Assembly: GCA_010909165.1 (NCBI GenBank)
Contig: VJWM01000173.1
Coordinates: 248,001-312,000, forward strand
Reading direction: 5' to 3'
From: Anthoceros angustus
Taxonomy: Eukaryota; Plantae; Anthocerotophyta
Length of the DNA stretch: 64,000 bases
In this document: in pieces, positions 62,376 through 64,000 of the stretch
How the letters are laid out: every line of letters begins with the position of its first letter
How positions within the stretch are numbered: position 1 is the first letter of the stretch
Translations under genes and position numbers: made by a program
The notes under the pieces: model-generated
Databases searched by the model: none
The model's input: only the letters and a program-made list of their open reading frames with translations
What the model was told of the DNA's origin: nothing

Positions 62376-62793
62376 CTTATAGGACAATCCCCCCCGCGAT
62401 TGAGACTCACGGAGCTATGGGCAAAGGATTGTGCAAATGCCTACCACAGTCGTGAGAACGGGGTGCGCCTCCATCTTTCCTCGGAGGTGGCTTTCTTTCG
62501 ACAGTGAGTATCCATCGTCTTACGGGTGCTGCTCGATGCTATTTACGGGACGACAACGAGCGCAGGAGACGTGGCGTCATAGGTACTAGTTGGAGGTAGG
62601 CCTTTCCTCGAACCACGACATAATCAGGGCGATAACCTCATCTCAAAGCACAACATAATCAGGTCGTGGTAAATAGCTTCGGGTTTGGCATTTGGAAGCT
62701 TAGCCCTTCCCGGCTCTTGGCCCTTCAGTGGGTTGTCCCCTCTCGTTTCGGTATAGATGACTTTTCCATTTCTTCTTTCTAATAAAGTCTCCA
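62376..62793 (+). mobile_element. CRE-like retrotransposon 3' end (RLE C-terminal half + 3' UTR)
   Basis: AIETHGAMGK...VAFFRQ*VSIVL...GTTTSAGDV, then a 3' UTR ending AATAAAGTCTCCA, as in the copy at 13979. Confidence 0.75.
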
Positions 62794-63590
62794 TTGCCCG
62801 TTACCCGTATGGACGGAAGTTCATACTCCCGAAAAGCCCACTTGGAAATTTATCTAGGTATCGGAAAAAGGAATTAAGTGGCGAGTGACAAGTGAGATGG
62901 AATGTGAGGGTTTGATTCTCTCAAACCTCAAACATGTGACGCGACTAGGTAGCTCTAGTTTGCGCGTGTTGGCAAGGTGCTGGGCTCTGAGCCACACACA
63001 CGCGCACACAAACACACAACACAACGTTGGCTCGCCGCTGGAGTGGGCGCAGCGGCAGCGGCAGCTCCTTCGGACTCGTCTTGGGCTTGGTCTTCTGCCT
63101 TCTCTCTCCTGGCCCCTGCTAGGCCAGCCACAGGACCTGCGCGCTGCACGCATCCAGAGGCTGCCACAATCCCAGCGCAGGACCGGGACTCGGATCTCGC
63201 CTGCCCGCCTCCTGCCGCACCCGGGGGCATGCCGTGCCTCCCTCGAGTTTGAATTTCACGCAGGTGCAGTGCGCGGCTGTGCTCTGCGCCGGGAATGCGC
63301 AAGCCTACTGCGGCAGCTGTGTTGCGCGACCAGGATAGAGCGGGACTGTCGATCCGGGCACGGGCAGCCAGGCCGGTGACGTGAAATTGGCTCGGATCCT
63401 GGCTGCGGGGCCATGGAATTGGCGCGGGCCTTGTAATTACCAGATGACGGGGAAATTGGCGCCTGACTGACCGCTCTGTGGCGGGACAGGTGGATGACCG
63501 GCAGCTTGAGCGGAGATGCGAGGGACCGAACACACGGCTGGACACGGCTCTGGAAGCCGCTTGCATTCTCGCTCCCGTCTAACTTAATTG

Positions 63591-63897
63591 ATGTCGCAGA
63601 AAAAGAGGCTGAGCAGCAGTAGCAGCGGGAGTCCAAGTTCAGTCATGTTTTCCGCGACAAAGAAGCCCAAGCCGCAGCCGGTTGATCCTTACGACAAGAA
63701 TGGGATTGCGCATATTGGCGATGACCAAGACCTCATGCTTATTGACCTAAAGACGGAGGGTGGAGTCATGGCAAACACGGCAACCGCGGTTGGCCTGGGG
63801 AGTGCCACCGTCGGCTCTGGCACCACCGCTAATTTGTCCAGGAAGAAGGCCACTCCCCCGCAGCCGGTCAAAAAGCTGGTGATCAAGCCCTTCAAAG
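63591..63897 (+). CDS. CUL4: Cullin-4, first coding exon (gene continues beyond the window)
   Basis: TANLSRKKATPPQPVKKLVIKPFK is the characteristic plant CUL4 N-terminal motif. Donor AAG|GTGTG after 63897. Confidence 0.85.
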
Positions 63898-64000
63898 GTG
63901 TGTGTCTGATTGCCTTTGTTCGTGGTGAGACATTAGGTTGAAGTGATGCTGTGGCTGCTATGACTAACTTTACTGCCGGGATCCTGGACCTGTGTCCGGC

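Overview
Eukaryotic nuclear DNA from a compact-genome land plant, most likely seed-free (hornwort/lycophyte-like). This is an inference from introns of mostly 70-170 bp, one gene per ~6 kb, a PLS-PPR remnant and GC-rich microsatellite-dense spacers. Eleven protein-coding genes could be modelled by hand from splice sites and motifs: PTB1/2-like (-), ABCG26-like (-, with a 1.2-kb internal tandem duplication that looks like an assembly artefact), BOI/BRG RING E3 (+), a divergent intronless family-I pyrophosphatase (+), CYP710A (+), TAF15b/FET (+, one frameshift), a pectin methylesterase-fasciclin-AGP-GPI chimera (-), a PIP-family (PCBER/IFR-like) reductase (-), M18 aspartyl aminopeptidase (+), a DAO-family FAD oxidoreductase (-) and the first exon of CUL4 (+). 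Non-coding content missed by the ORF track: a polycistronic box C/D snoRNA cluster with two U14 copies (16.5-18.0 kb), decayed tRNA-Trp/tRNA-Asp sequences (47.8-48.3 kb), six fragments of a CRE-like RLE-type non-LTR retrotransposon family (five retaining a shared 3' terminal stem-loop), a CACTA transposase remnant, a phased G-box array and many tandem repeats. The best candidate for an undescribed system is the predicted GPI-anchored PME-FAS1 fusion protein. All exon coordinates were read by eye and no database searches were run.
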